From contig CALVYR010000001.1 in the NCBI GenBank assembly GCA_944372325.1, positions 35,143 through 99,142 of the forward strand: a stretch of DNA of 64,000 nucleotides, written 5' to 3'. The position numbers were made by a program, and so were the translations under genes. Positions 1 to 10,600 of this stretch are shown piece by piece. The DNA comes from an uncultured Clostridia bacterium. Lineage in GTDB: Bacteria > Bacillota > Clostridia > Christensenellales > UBA1242. Below the pieces are notes generated by a model. It was given only the letters and a program-made list of their open reading frames with translations. It was not told the DNA's origin and ran no database searches. Numbering within the stretch: position 1 is the stretch's first letter; each line of letters begins with the position of its first letter.

Positions 1-1
1 C

Positions 2-514
2 TTTATACAAATTAATGATACTATGCATGCATTTGTTCAAGGCTATAGCGATGGTTTTGCAATTTCTATAGGTAAAATTAATAATGAGGAAGAATTAAAA
101 ATTTCAACTAATATTTTTAAAAAAATGTTCTTCTATTCAACTATTATTTTTACATTTTTAATGATAGCAGTTTCCTTAATAGTTATATTTATCTCGTTCA
201 AAGATCAGAGTTTAATTTACTTATCTTTAGAGCTTTTGCCATTTTTAATACTAACTACAATTTTACTAACCTTAGGAAGTTATTATTTTTCTCACTTAAG
301 AGGTATAAGAAAATTTAAATTTCTTGCAATTAGAAACTTGATTTCCTCTTTTTTAAAGATTGTAATTGCAACTATACTTTCATTTACAATATTAGGGATA
401 TTTGGAGTATGGACAGCGCATATTGTTTATCATACTTCACAGTATATAATATCGCGTATATATTTTGATAAACTAAATAGAAAACCTTTTAATATTAAAA
501 ACACAACATTGTAA
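2..514 (+). CDS. Polytopic membrane protein, C-terminal part (5' end outside window); possibly the C-terminus of a MATE/MOP-type exporter
   Basis: The frame is open from base 2, with no stop before the ATG at 23, and ends at TAA 512-514. The translation is mostly hydrophobic helices (FFYSTIIFTFLMIAVSLIVIFISF, LLPFLILTTILLTLGSYYF, IVIATILSFTILGIFGVWTA). The family call is weak. Confidence 0.5.
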   Translation, partial: FIQINDTMHAFVQGYSDGFAISIGKINNEEELKISTNIFKKMFFYSTIIFTFLMIAVSLIVIFISFKDQSLIYLSLELLPFLILTTILLTLGSYYFSHLRGIRKFKFLAIRNLISSFLKIVIATILSFTILGIFGVWTAHIVYHTSQYIISRIYFDKLNRKPFNIKNTTL

Positions 515-572
515 CTATTATTTAATCTATAAATATAAAAATCAATTAAAAAATTAGTTTAAAGGAGAAAAT

Positions 573-1349
573 ATGGATTTTAATTGTTTAATCCCAGAAT
601 TAAGAGTATTTAATCTTGAAAAGTCTATACAATTTTACACACAAATTTTAGGCTTTAAAATTGAATATTCAAGATCAGATTTTGCAATGCTAGTATTAGG
701 CAAATGCCAAATAATGTTACAGCAATTAACACTACCCTCACAAATTGGCTCTTGGAATGTTACAGATGATATGACTTACCCACTTGGGCGAGGCATAAAT
801 TTCCAAATAATTCTTCCCGATATATCTAAAATATATTTTACAATTAAAGAAAATAATATAAAAACTTTTATAGATTTAATTATAAGTGATTATAAAGAAA
901 ATAATATAAATAATCATGTACTTGAATTTTTAGTACAAGATCCAGATGGATACCTATTAAGATTTCAACAAGATATAGAAGATTGGCATTTTGGAAATGA
1001 TAAGAAAACTGCCAACAAACTATTTGATTTGGTATTAGCTGGAGATAAGATAGCAACTTCTTATTTACTTTTAAAAGATACAAAACTAAGTAAAGGTTTT
1101 TCCGTGCTAACCAATTGGGACAAAACAAAAAAAATTTTAGTATTAACAACAAATATTTATATTACTACTTTTAATGGAATATCCGCAGAACACGCGAGTA
1201 AAGAAGGAGAAGGAAATAAATCTTTAGATTTTTGGAAAAACGCCCATAAAAAATTTTTTTCTAAAGAATTAAAAAAATATAATTTAAACTTTAATGAAAA
1301 TGCAAAAGTTGTTTGCGAAGAATTTAAAGTTGTGAAAGTATTAAGTTAG
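573..1349 (+). CDS. Two-domain protein: N-terminal VOC (glyoxalase/bleomycin-resistance) fold fused to a C-terminal ASCH domain
   Basis: AGGAG lies just upstream of ATG 573. The N-terminal half has a VOC-like pattern (LRVFNLEKSIQFYTQILGF ... VQDPDGYLLRF). The C-terminal half has an ASCH pattern (LVLAGDKIATS ... SAEHASKEGEGNKSLDFWKNAHKKFF). Confidence 0.75.
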   Translation: MDFNCLIPELRVFNLEKSIQFYTQILGFKIEYSRSDFAMLVLGKCQIMLQQLTLPSQIGSWNVTDDMTYPLGRGINFQIILPDISKIYFTIKENNIKTFIDLIISDYKENNINNHVLEFLVQDPDGYLLRFQQDIEDWHFGNDKKTANKLFDLVLAGDKIATSYLLLKDTKLSKGFSVLTNWDKTKKILVLTTNIYITTFNGISAEHASKEGEGNKSLDFWKNAHKKFFSKELKKYNLNFNENAKVVCEEFKVVKVLS

Positions 1350-1450
1350 TGTAGTTTCGATAATTCTAAATTATATTCTATTTTTTAGATTTAAAAGTTA
1401 CAACTATTAGTAGACATCTTAATGAATACAATTTCTCTTACAATAAAAAA

Positions 1451-1478
1451 AATCTAGCAATTGTTAAATTGCTAGATT
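1451..1478. terminator. Bidirectional rho-independent terminator
   Basis: Perfect 12-bp stem aatctagcaatt / aattgctagatt with loop gtta. An A-run lies on the left and a T-run on the right. It serves the + strand CDS ending at 1349 and the minus-strand tRNA-Arg. Confidence 0.75.
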
Positions 1479-1491
1479 TTTAATTTTTTTA

Positions 1492-1568
1492 TGGTGCGTC
1501 CAGAGAGATTCGAACTCCCGACCTTCTGTTCCGTAGACAGACGCTCTATCCAGCTGAGCTATGAACGC
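1492..1568 (-). tRNA. tRNA-Arg, anticodon ACG, with encoded CCA
   Basis: The reverse complement reads GCGTTCA TA GCTCAGCTGGATAGAGC G TCTGT CTACGGA ACAGA AGGTC GGGAG TTCGAAT CTCTC TGGACGC A CCA. This folds as a canonical cloverleaf with anticodon loop CT-ACG-GA. Confidence 0.92.
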
Positions 1569-1694
1569 ATATTTGATTTTTTCCTTTCTCTTTTAAACCT
1601 ATAAGGAACAAAAGGTTTGGGATGCGCAGGCTTTTGCCATAAGTCTTGCTTTTGCGATTAGCAAAACAAGCTAAAGGCAAAATTGGCTGGGCTC

Positions 1695-1735
1695 ATTCGT
1701 AGACAGACGCTTTTGTCCAGCTGAGTTATGAACGC
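1695..1735 (-). pseudogene. Degenerate copy of the 5' half of tRNA-Arg (acceptor 5' strand to anticodon loop), with no 3' half
   Basis: The reverse complement GCGTTCATAACTCAGCTGGACAAAAGCGTCTGTCTACGAAT aligns to positions 1 to ~38 of the intact tRNA at 1492-1568 with a few substitutions. The D-stem and anticodon stem are broken and no T-arm follows. Confidence 0.6.
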
Positions 1736-1755
1736 ATGCTTAAATTTGCTTATAT

Positions 1756-1785
1756 ATAATAACACAGCCCTTTGGGCTGTGTCAA
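1756..1785 (-). promoter_or_regulatory. Putative sigma-A promoter for the tRNA-Arg transcript
   Basis: On the minus strand, TTGACA (1785-1780) is followed by an 18-nt spacer and TATTAT (1761-1756). This is about 20 nt upstream of the tRNA-like fragment. It overlaps the terminator hairpin of the upstream gene. Confidence 0.4.
1762..1782 (-). terminator. Hairpin terminator after the 205-aa gene
   Basis: 9-bp stem acacagccc / gggctgtgt with a 3-nt loop, followed on the minus strand by a T/A-rich tract. Confidence 0.5.
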
Positions 1786-1808
1786 TATTTTTTATTATTT
1801 ATTTAAAA

Positions 1809-2426
1809 TTAAACTTCAGCAATACCAATATCTATTTGTATGTTTTGATTAACATTGATATTTGAATTTTGCCTTAACAATACATAGTAAATATTTAAAG
1901 TTACTGTTTCGCCTGTTTGCACATAGAAAATTACATCTGCGTTATTTTCTTGATCTGCTGCAACTTCTGTTCTTTGCCCATCATCTATCTGCACTTCTGC
2001 AATAAACCTAGGGTCTTCAAAGTAATTTGTGTTTTTGCTATCAGATACTATATCTTTAAAGGATATCTTCAGCACATTACCTACTTGAGTTGATGTATTT
2101 GTGAAAGCAAAGGACATAACCACTTCATTAGTATCAGGAAGTACATTATTGAAGTTTATATCTGGAGCATCCCAACGGTTACTTGGATGAATGTTTCCAT
2201 CTTCATCTACACTGATTGTTATAGAAGGTTCCTTACCACTTGTATCGCCTCCTATTGCCCATGTGGCTTCACATACAACGCTAAATGATAACTCTTGTTC
2301 AGGAACAAAAGTAACTGAATTTGTTATTCCAAAATGTGGTGAAACTGCTACAACTATACCTAAAGTTATTACAGCTAACACAACAACCATTACAACTATG
2401 GAAGATATGAATTTAAACTTTTTCAT
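1809..2426 (-). CDS. N-terminally anchored or secreted beta-rich protein, TasA/camelysin-like, paralogous to the N-terminal domain of the 550-aa protein at 47655-49307
   Basis: RBS GGGGAGG lies upstream of ATG 2426. The N-terminal hydrophobic segment is ISSIVVMVVVLAVITLGIVVAV. WDAPDINFNN...EVVMSFAFTNTS aligns with WAIGDINYTS...VVVYEFTVSNYS of the 550-aa protein. Confidence 0.6.
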   Translation of the reverse strand: MKKFKFISSIVVMVVVLAVITLGIVVAVSPHFGITNSVTFVPEQELSFSVVCEATWAIGGDTSGKEPSITISVDEDGNIHPSNRWDAPDINFNNVLPDTNEVVMSFAFTNTSTQVGNVLKISFKDIVSDSKNTNYFEDPRFIAEVQIDDGQRTEVAADQENNADVIFYVQTGETVTLNIYYVLLRQNSNINVNQNIQIDIGIAEV

Positions 2427-2489
2427 TATCTTATAGTCCTCCCCTTAGAACTATTATATACATTTTAATCAAAATTACAAAACATATTT

Positions 2490-3320
2490 TCACTTTTTTT
2501 CTAAATTTAATAACAAAATATTTTTTAAAAGCATGGCTACTGTCATCTGCCCAACACCACCAGGAACTGGAGTGATAAGATGAGTTTTCTTTTTAACCTT
2601 TTTAAAGTCCACATCTCCGCAGATCTTTCCATTAACTTTATTTATGCCAACATCTATAACTACAGCATGCCTTTTAACATATTTTTTTGTTATAAAGTTA
2701 GGCTTTCCAATTGCAACAACTAAAATATCTGCCTTTTTAGTGATTTTTTTAAGTTTTTGCGTTTTTGAGTGACAGAGCGCAACTGTAGCATCATGTTTTG
2801 TTAAAAGCATTTGTGTAGGAAGACCAACGAGCGCACTTCTACCCACAACAGCCACCCTTTTACCTTGAATGGCAATCTGCTCTGCCTTTAAAATTTCTAG
2901 TATCCCTGAGGCGGTGCATGGAGCAAAGTCTGAAAGCCCAAGAGCAAGTTTACCAAAGTTGGCTTGAGTTAAACAATCTACATCCTTTTCTGGAGATATT
3001 GTTTCAATTATATCTCTTTCATTTAAATGTTTAGGGAGAGGTAATTGAAGAAGTATTGCTGTAACTTCAGGTTTTTTATTTAACTCTTTAATTTTTTTTA
3101 TAACATCTAATTGTTTACAGGTCTCAGCAAAGCGGATAAGTTCAAAATCTATACCCACATCTTTGCAAGCCCTTTCTTTATTGCGTACATAAATTTCACT
3201 TGCAGGATTTTGCCCAACTAGCACCACTGCAAGCTTCAATTTTTTATTAAGTTTTTTAACTTCCCCTGCAACTTGACTTTTTATCACCATTGCTAAGGTT
3301 TTGCCATCAAAAACTTTCAC
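2490..3320 (-). CDS. folD: Bifunctional methylenetetrahydrofolate dehydrogenase/cyclohydrolase FolD
   Basis: 276 aa with FolD signatures VLVGQNPASEIYVRNKERACKDVGI, VVGRSALVGLP and TPVPGGVGQMT. Confidence 0.95.
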   Translation of the reverse strand: MKVFDGKTLAMVIKSQVAGEVKKLNKKLKLAVVLVGQNPASEIYVRNKERACKDVGIDFELIRFAETCKQLDVIKKIKELNKKPEVTAILLQLPLPKHLNERDIIETISPEKDVDCLTQANFGKLALGLSDFAPCTASGILEILKAEQIAIQGKRVAVVGRSALVGLPTQMLLTKHDATVALCHSKTQKLKKITKKADILVVAIGKPNFITKKYVKRHAVVIDVGINKVNGKICGDVDFKKVKKKTHLITPVPGGVGQMTVAMLLKNILLLNLEKK

Positions 3321-3420
3321 AAAAATATATTAACAAATTTTAAAATAAATTGCAAATGTTTTAAAAAGCTTTGAAAACTTTTACTAAAATGCTATACTTT
3401 GAAAGTTGGAGGCAAAAGAT

Positions 3421-4650
3421 ATGAATATTGATAAAAGAGATTTAAAAGAAGTAGATTTAGAAGTTTTTAATGCTATAGAAAAAGAGAAACAAAGACAAGA
3501 TGAACACATAGAGCTTATTGCAAGCGAAAACTTTGTGTCTAAAGCAGTGCTGGAAGCAATGGGAAGTTGTTTTACAAATAAATATGCGGAAGGCTATCCG
3601 AACGCTAGATATTACAATGGGTGTGAAAATATAGATGAAGTTGAAACTCTTGCTATTGAAAGGGCAAAGAAACTTTTTGGAGCAGAACATGCAAATGTGC
3701 AACCTCATTCAGGTTCTAATGCCAACCTAGCAGTTTTTCTAGCATGTTTAAAGCCATGTGATACCTTTATGGGAATGAGCTTAACTGCAGGTGGGCACCT
3801 ATCACATGGTGCGTCATTTAATGTTTCAGGCAAATTTTTTAACTGTGTGCCATATGGTCTAAACTCTGAAACAGAGCTTCTTGATTACGATGAAATTGAA
3901 AGCCTAGCCATTCAACACAAGCCAAAACTTATAATAGCTGGTGGCAGTGCTTATTCAAGAATTATAGATTTTAAAAGATTTAGAGAAATTGCAGATAAAG
4001 TTGGAGCTAAACTTATGGTGGATATGGCTCATATTGCAGGTTTAGTAGCAGCTGGGGTACATCCATCCCCTATTCCATATGCAGATTTTGTTACAACTAC
4101 AACGCACAAAACTTTAAGAGGTCCAAGAGGCGGGTTAATACTCTGTAAAAAAGAATATGCAAAGGATATAGATAAGGCAGTGTTCCCTTGCTTGCAAGGA
4201 GGCCCACTTGAACATGTGATAGCAGCCAAAGCCGTTATGTTAAAGGAGGCTTTAAGCCCTGAATTTAAAGAATATCAAAAACAAGTTGTTAAGAATGCAA
4301 AAGTTTTAGGTGATGAACTTTTAAAATATGGCTTTAAGCTTGTTTCTGGCGGAACAGATAATCACCTACTTTTAGTTGACCTAACTCCTTTTAATGCTAA
4401 CGGCAGAGATGTTGCGAATATGCTTCATAGCGCGAACATAACTTGTAACAAGAATGGTATACCAAATGAAAAACAGCCTTTAAGTGTAACAAGTGGAATC
4501 AGGCTTGGCACTCCTGCAGTTACAACAAGAGGTATGAGAGAAAATGAGATGAAAGAGATAGCAAGGTTTATATATGAAATTGTCAAAAATGGCGAAAGTG
4601 CTGTAGAAAAAATAAAGAGTGAAGTTATTAACTTAACTAAAAATTTTTAA
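3421..4650 (+). CDS. glyA: Serine hydroxymethyltransferase GlyA
   Basis: ATG 3421 sits 8 nt after GGAGG (3408-3412). The ORF-track TTG at 3406 would overlap that RBS. Motifs present: LIASENFVS and [11 protein letters not shown] (PLP lysine). Confidence 0.95.
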   Translation: MNIDKRDLKEVDLEVFNAIEKEKQRQDEHIELIASENFVSKAVLEAMGSCFTNKYAEGYPNARYYNGCENIDEVETLAIERAKKLFGAEHANVQPHSGSNANLAVFLACLKPCDTFMGMSLTAGGHLSHGASFNVSGKFFNCVPYGLNSETELLDYDEIESLAIQHKPKLIIAGGSAYSRIIDFKRFREIADKVGAKLMVDMAHIAGLVAAGVHPSPIPYADFVTTTTHKTLRGPRGGLILCKKEYAKDIDKAVFPCLQGGPLEHVIAAKAVMLKEALSPEFKEYQKQVVKNAKVLGDELLKYGFKLVSGGTDNHLLLVDLTPFNANGRDVANMLHSANITCNKNGIPNEKQPLSVTSGIRLGTPAVTTRGMRENEMKEIARFIYEIVKNGESAVEKIKSEVINLTKNF

Positions 4651-4658
4651 AAATTAGT

Positions 4659-4689
4659 AAAAAAATCACGGAAATCCGTGATTTTTTTA
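4659..4689. terminator. Bidirectional terminator between glyA and the giant-gene operon
   Basis: Stem atcacgg (4665-4671) / ccgtgat (4676-4682) with loop aaat, flanked by an A7 run and a T7 run. Confidence 0.8.
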
Positions 4690-7600
4690 CTATATTCTAA
4701 CAAGATTGACATTATTTTCTGATGTCTCTGGGTTTTCATCAATGTTTTTATTTTCCCCATCTTCCCAAATGCTTAAATTGATAACATTCTGTGAAGAATC
4801 TGTTAGATTTTTATTTGGATTGTTAGTTCCAGTAGCGTTGTCGAAATAGTAATATAGCTCATGATTAATTTCAGTTTGGTAAATACTGCTATCTTCATTA
4901 AAGAATAAATTTTCTTTATAGGCATCACCTATACCAATAATACCACTATAATAAACATTAACTTGTCCACCATCGCGATAGTTTTGAATATTTATTGTAT
5001 ATGTACATCTTGAACTAAAGTATACTTCTTCACCACTTTCTGTAACATAATCTTCGCTAATAGCGCTTTCTGGCATATAGATGGTTTTAAAATCATTGTT
5101 GTAGATTGCTATACCACTGCTTGTACTTTGAGTTCTAGTTAGGTCTTCAAAGGAAGCTCCAACTATGCCACCCATGCCCACATTCATAAGTCCGTTATAC
5201 ATTGTTGCGTTTACTTCTAGGCTGACCTCTGCATAACAATTCACGATCTGTCTTTCAGGGTATGTTAATGCATTTACAGAACCATCCTCGAGTGCAAACT
5301 CGTATTCATTTATACCAACAATACCACCAACATAAGCTGAGAGGAAATTATCGTTGATTACTAAAATTCTGCCATTTGTTACAGTTGAATTTTGTATTGT
5401 AACATTGCGCTTTGCAATTGTACTATCGTTCGAGCAGGTTTCATTGATATAACCTGCAATACCTCCTGCAACTCCCATTGCAGTGATGTTACCTGTTTTA
5501 TGAGCATTTGTAATAGTTCCGCCTATCATTTCGCCAACTACACCGCCGACTACTTCAAGATTTGGGAAAATTAAATCTACATATACATTTACATTTTGTA
5601 TTGTTCCATTAGACATATATCCAGCAATTCCGCCAACTGCAGAAGGCACTGAAGGCACATATCTAAAGAAGTTACTTGTAGAGCCAGTTATAGTAATGTT
5701 GTTTACTACCCCTGCCACTTCTCCCGCTAAAATTCCGCCATAGTATGCGGCATTAACAAATTGTCCAGTAATTAATTCTATATCTAGGTTAGATACATTT
5801 GAATTTGTGCCTATGCGACCAAAATATAGACCTGCCACTTCAGCTAATGCTCTTGATGTTTCAGTAGCACTGGCGTATCTAACAATACCCTCGCCTTCAA
5901 TTATACCAGCTATAACGCCTGCATAGGAGATATTATTTAAACTGCTACCATATGAAGTATAGAATTTAAATGAGCTTCCATAGTTTATAGAACGGTAAGT
6001 TGCACTTGCAGAAACAGAACTTTCCACATTATATAGTTTGTATGTGTTTGTTGCTATTCCAACTATGCCACCAACTATGTTTTTACCAACAATAACTATA
6101 CCGCTGGCATCATATTCAAAACCGTCCACCCTTACATTGAATAGGAACCCACTTTCTAATGCTCCAGCAACTGTTCCAACTGCCGAGGTGTTTGGCATAT
6201 TGATATATTTTGGTTTTATATTTAAGTTTTTAATTGAGCCAACATAGGCAAGTCCCTCTCCAACTTTTGCAAATAGTCCACCATAATTTAAGTTATCACG
6301 AGTGTCTATTACAAGGCCAGAGATTGTCATACCGTTACCCTCTATATCACCTATAAATGTAGTTTTATAGAGTGCAGAACTAAGAATACCCTCTTCAACA
6401 TAATCGATGTTTCTAACAAATCTGAAATATTTATTATTTCTATTATTTACATTGGTTTCTAATATTAAACTTTCAAAATTTTCAGCTGAAGTGATTATGT
6501 ATGGGTTATATTTAGAACCTTGTTCTTCACCGCCAGAATAGTGATAGATTTCTTCACCAGTTGTTGTATCTGTAGAAGAAGATTCTAAAACCTGGCTTGT
6601 GTTTACTATAATGTTTGGAGCTACAAGTTCAGGTCTGCCATAGGTAAATGTCATAGACTCGCCATTCAATTTAAAGTCAGGCTCTTCATTTGCATTTGGA
6701 TAGAACCAAACACCTTTTGTTTTTTCAGTTTGGTCAGCCATTGCATAAGTTGTAAAGTAGTTTTGATTACCAAAATCTAATTCTGTTAGTGCCTGCAAGC
6801 CAGATATATTTGAAACAAATATACCATTGTTTTTATTTCCTAACAGATATTTACAATCTTTTATTTTCCCAGTTTGATTTGAATAATTATTTGTGTATAC
6901 AAAACCATAGTCTGTTTGTCTATTCTGGCTTAAGAAAGTGCTTGTTGAATAGCTATTTTGAACAAGCCCTGCATTATTAAACACAAACCCTGCTCTCACA
7001 GATTGAGAGTTTATAGGAATATTTGAATAACAGTCTGAAATAACACCCATGTTATTATAAACGAAACCTGAAACCTCAACATTAGACCAAATTTTATTTG
7101 TTTCATCAGCATAGATGTATGTGGAGCAAGTTCCAGTTACATAGCTTGTTAGAATTTGAGGAACATCAAGCCCACCTATTTCTATATCCTGATTTAAAGA
7201 AGTTCCGTTTTCAACAACAAGACCTGCTGTTTTATTTGTGCTTGAAATAGTACTTTCATTTGTTAAATTTGAATCTTTAACATAGCTACTAGCAATGCTA
7301 CCCTCGTTTATGCCTACAAGACCAGCTAAGTTAGACCTTCTTACAACTAAATTTGTTACCACACGAGAATTAGTTATAAACCCTTCATTTAAACCAACTA
7401 AACCTGCAACATAAGTTGTAGAATTGGAATTTGGATTCATAGATACATAGATATTATTGTTATTACCAACTAGTTCACAGTTTGTTATTGTTCCCAAATT
7501 TCTACCAGCCAGGAAACCAAAATAGCTTGTATCATTGGTATTTGTTACAGTAACATTTGTGTTTGCACTGCTATTGAATGCAAGTTTTAAGTTTCTAACT

Positions 7601-10600
7601 ATGGCATCTTCTGAAATTATTTCAAATAGTCCAGCATATTGCAAGCCATCAACACTCCAGTTAGCTCTAAATGTAATGGTATGACCGTTTCCATTGAACC
7701 CTGCTATGCTTACACCTATTGGAGTAAAATCTTCTTCAAGGGTTATGTCGTCTACTAAAATGTAGTAAGCGCCTGCCTGCATAGCCATGAGTTCTTCATA
7801 GTTTGAAATAGGAATTTCATTGTTTTCATTACCGCTTTGATATGCTTCAATTAAGAAATCTGTATTAAAGTTTTCATAATCTTCTATATTATCATTTACT
7901 ACTTGCACAACACCATTTCTATAAGTATAGTAAACTTCATAACTTAGATAATAATTTGAATTATTAGCTGAATTAATATATAGTGGAATTATGCTGTATA
8001 GCCCTGTTTGAGAACTATATTCTATTCTATAATACATATTGCTTGGTAAATTTGAAGTAGTAAGCAATGTTCTATCAGATGAAGTTCTATCCTTAATATA
8101 CCATTTACCATTTTGAGCTAAGGTTTGCTCTAAGGTAGATACTCTTTGAACAATAGTTGGATCTTGAGTGTTATATTCAATTGTACTTCCATTTACAAAG
8201 CCAATGTTTAGCTCACTCCTATTGCCTATAGATACATTTACAACTTCTGCTTCAGAATTTCTTATAACAATGTTAGCATTTTGATTGTTTTCCTCATAGG
8301 AATACGGAACAATGTTGTCCGTTAAGATAACATAATCTACAATCATAAGTTTTAAAGTTCTTACACCGCTTGTATAAACTTTACCATTAACTACTTTTTC
8401 ACCATAACAATCTATCTCTACTGCATATCCTGCCTCGTTAGGTTGAACATAGTTTATTGTAGAATTTATTGTTAGAACATAGTTGTTATCTACCTTTGAA
8501 ATTGAAGCATACTGACTATTTGTGCTTTCAAAATATACTTCATCCTCTTCAAAGCCAACTATTTGAACATCTAAGTTATATGTAAGGCCTCTTGCTACAA
8601 ATATACTTTCACCTTCTATAGCGTCTTCTTTACCAATAATTGTTACATAAACGCCATCTTTAATTCTAACTTCAATGTTGCAAGTAGAACTCTTTTGTAT
8701 AGTGCCATCTTTATAAGCTACTATATTAAATGTAGCAATTGAACCATCTTGAGCACTGGAAGCTATGTTATATTTTACATATACTTTTCCGTCTGTAAAT
8801 TGTGATTTTGGTATTCTTATGCCTCCGTCTATGCTCTGAGCCCCAAACTTATCTACTACTTGACTAGTACCATCGTTTGTTCTAATTTCTGAAAGTGAGA
8901 ATATTGCATTATTTCCATTTGTATAATTATCTTCTGAATTTGTAAGCTCTAAATAGTCAAAATCTGCAATATTAGGATAAACTAAAATTTCTAATAAATT
9001 ATCACCATCTGGACTTATAGTATCAATAGATTCAGCTGTTATATCAAAATCTGAGATATTTATATCATAATAGTTTTTATAAGTTATGCTATTAACTGTT
9101 TGAGTTATAAGGTTTACAATTAGAGTTTGTCTATAACCATTTTCAGCTGTAAAGTTAATATAGTAAACGCCTTCATAACCTTGGCTGTATCTAGTATCAA
9201 ATATATTATATCTGAATGTAAAGCTTGGCATAACGCCTTCTTTATATCTATAAATTACTCTTGTTGTGCCACCATCAGTAATGGTCTCCTTATCTAAGGT
9301 AGAAGATAGCACATCAAAATAGTCGTAATTTATACCTGTATCGGTTATTTTAGCGTAAGTGATTTCAATATAGTCACTTTTATCATCTGTTATCCATTCC
9401 TCTAGATTTATAGTAAACTCGTCATTTGGTTCAACAGAAATCTCAGCTGTATTTAAAAGAATATTTGTTGTACCCTTTTCAACCATGACTAGAGCATTGA
9501 AATCTTTATCTCCAGTTAGGAAGTTAAAATCTAGGGTATATTCATTTCCGTTTACAAAAAAGCTATATCTTGGTGAAATATTTAAATCTATTATTCTAGT
9601 TTCATCTTGATTTGCCTTCAAAACAAGTGTTTGACCAATCAAACTTGAAGTTACTGCAGTTTGAGGAGCCCCATCTATTGTCAAGGTTACATTTGCACTA
9701 AAATCTTTATTGTCCACAAGTTCTACCGCAGTTGGAATGCCATAGTCATCTGTTATTTGAACGCCATCAATTTCCGTAACACTAGGTGTTGAATATTCTA
9801 GTGTTAGTTCTATTGAGCCGTTTAGTTTAACTCCAATGTAAGAACCTTGATTTGCTAGATATGTTTCGCTATAGAGCTTAACTTTAAATTCTTGTGCAAC
9901 ATTTAAAACATACACATAAACAGTCATTCTAACATCAGTGTTTAAAATTGAAGTTACTGTAATTTCAACAAGCCCTGTTCCCCAAAGTTTTGCATTGCCG
10001 TCTTCATCAAAAGTTAAAATTTTGCTATCTCCAGAAGTTAATGTTACATTTTCTGGATTTATAAACTTAACTGGAAACTCTTGTGTGTTGAGAGCTGAAA
10101 TAAGCGTTTGTTCTGAAGAATTTTCTGCTGAGTAGTAGAACATATAGCTTACAACATCATCGCCAGCTAAAAGCGTTGAATTTATTACATCTACTTCAAT
10201 GCTTTCCTCGCTAAATTCAAAACTTCCAAGTTTATACTCTCTTGTTCCAGAATCGTTCATATATAGAATTGGTCTTATAGGTTCATTTTCTGGATATTCG
10301 CTATAGTAGTATGCTTTATTTGTAGCGCTTAAACTTTCTAAGGTATCATCACCTGCAAAGGTATAAGCATAAGTTCCAGTTTTTGCATAAATTAGATAAT
10401 TTAATGTTCCATTGTAGCAAAGTTGAACTATATTATTTTCAATAGTTCCACTAATTGCTTCAGTGCCTGTGCCAGAACCTATTGAATATGTGTTTTTTCC
10501 TGCTATAGCGCCAACATAGTTGCCTGCTTCCACATATGCTCTTGTAATACAGTTTTGAATAGTTCCACCAGTTCCACTTTGGCTAAATGCATTTAAACCA

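Noticed and set aside
1492-1735. tRNA-Arg split by an intron (5' exon at 1695-1735, 3' exon in 1492-1530)
   Set aside because: The downstream gene at 1492-1568 is already a complete cloverleaf with its own 5' half. The upstream fragment has broken D and anticodon stems.
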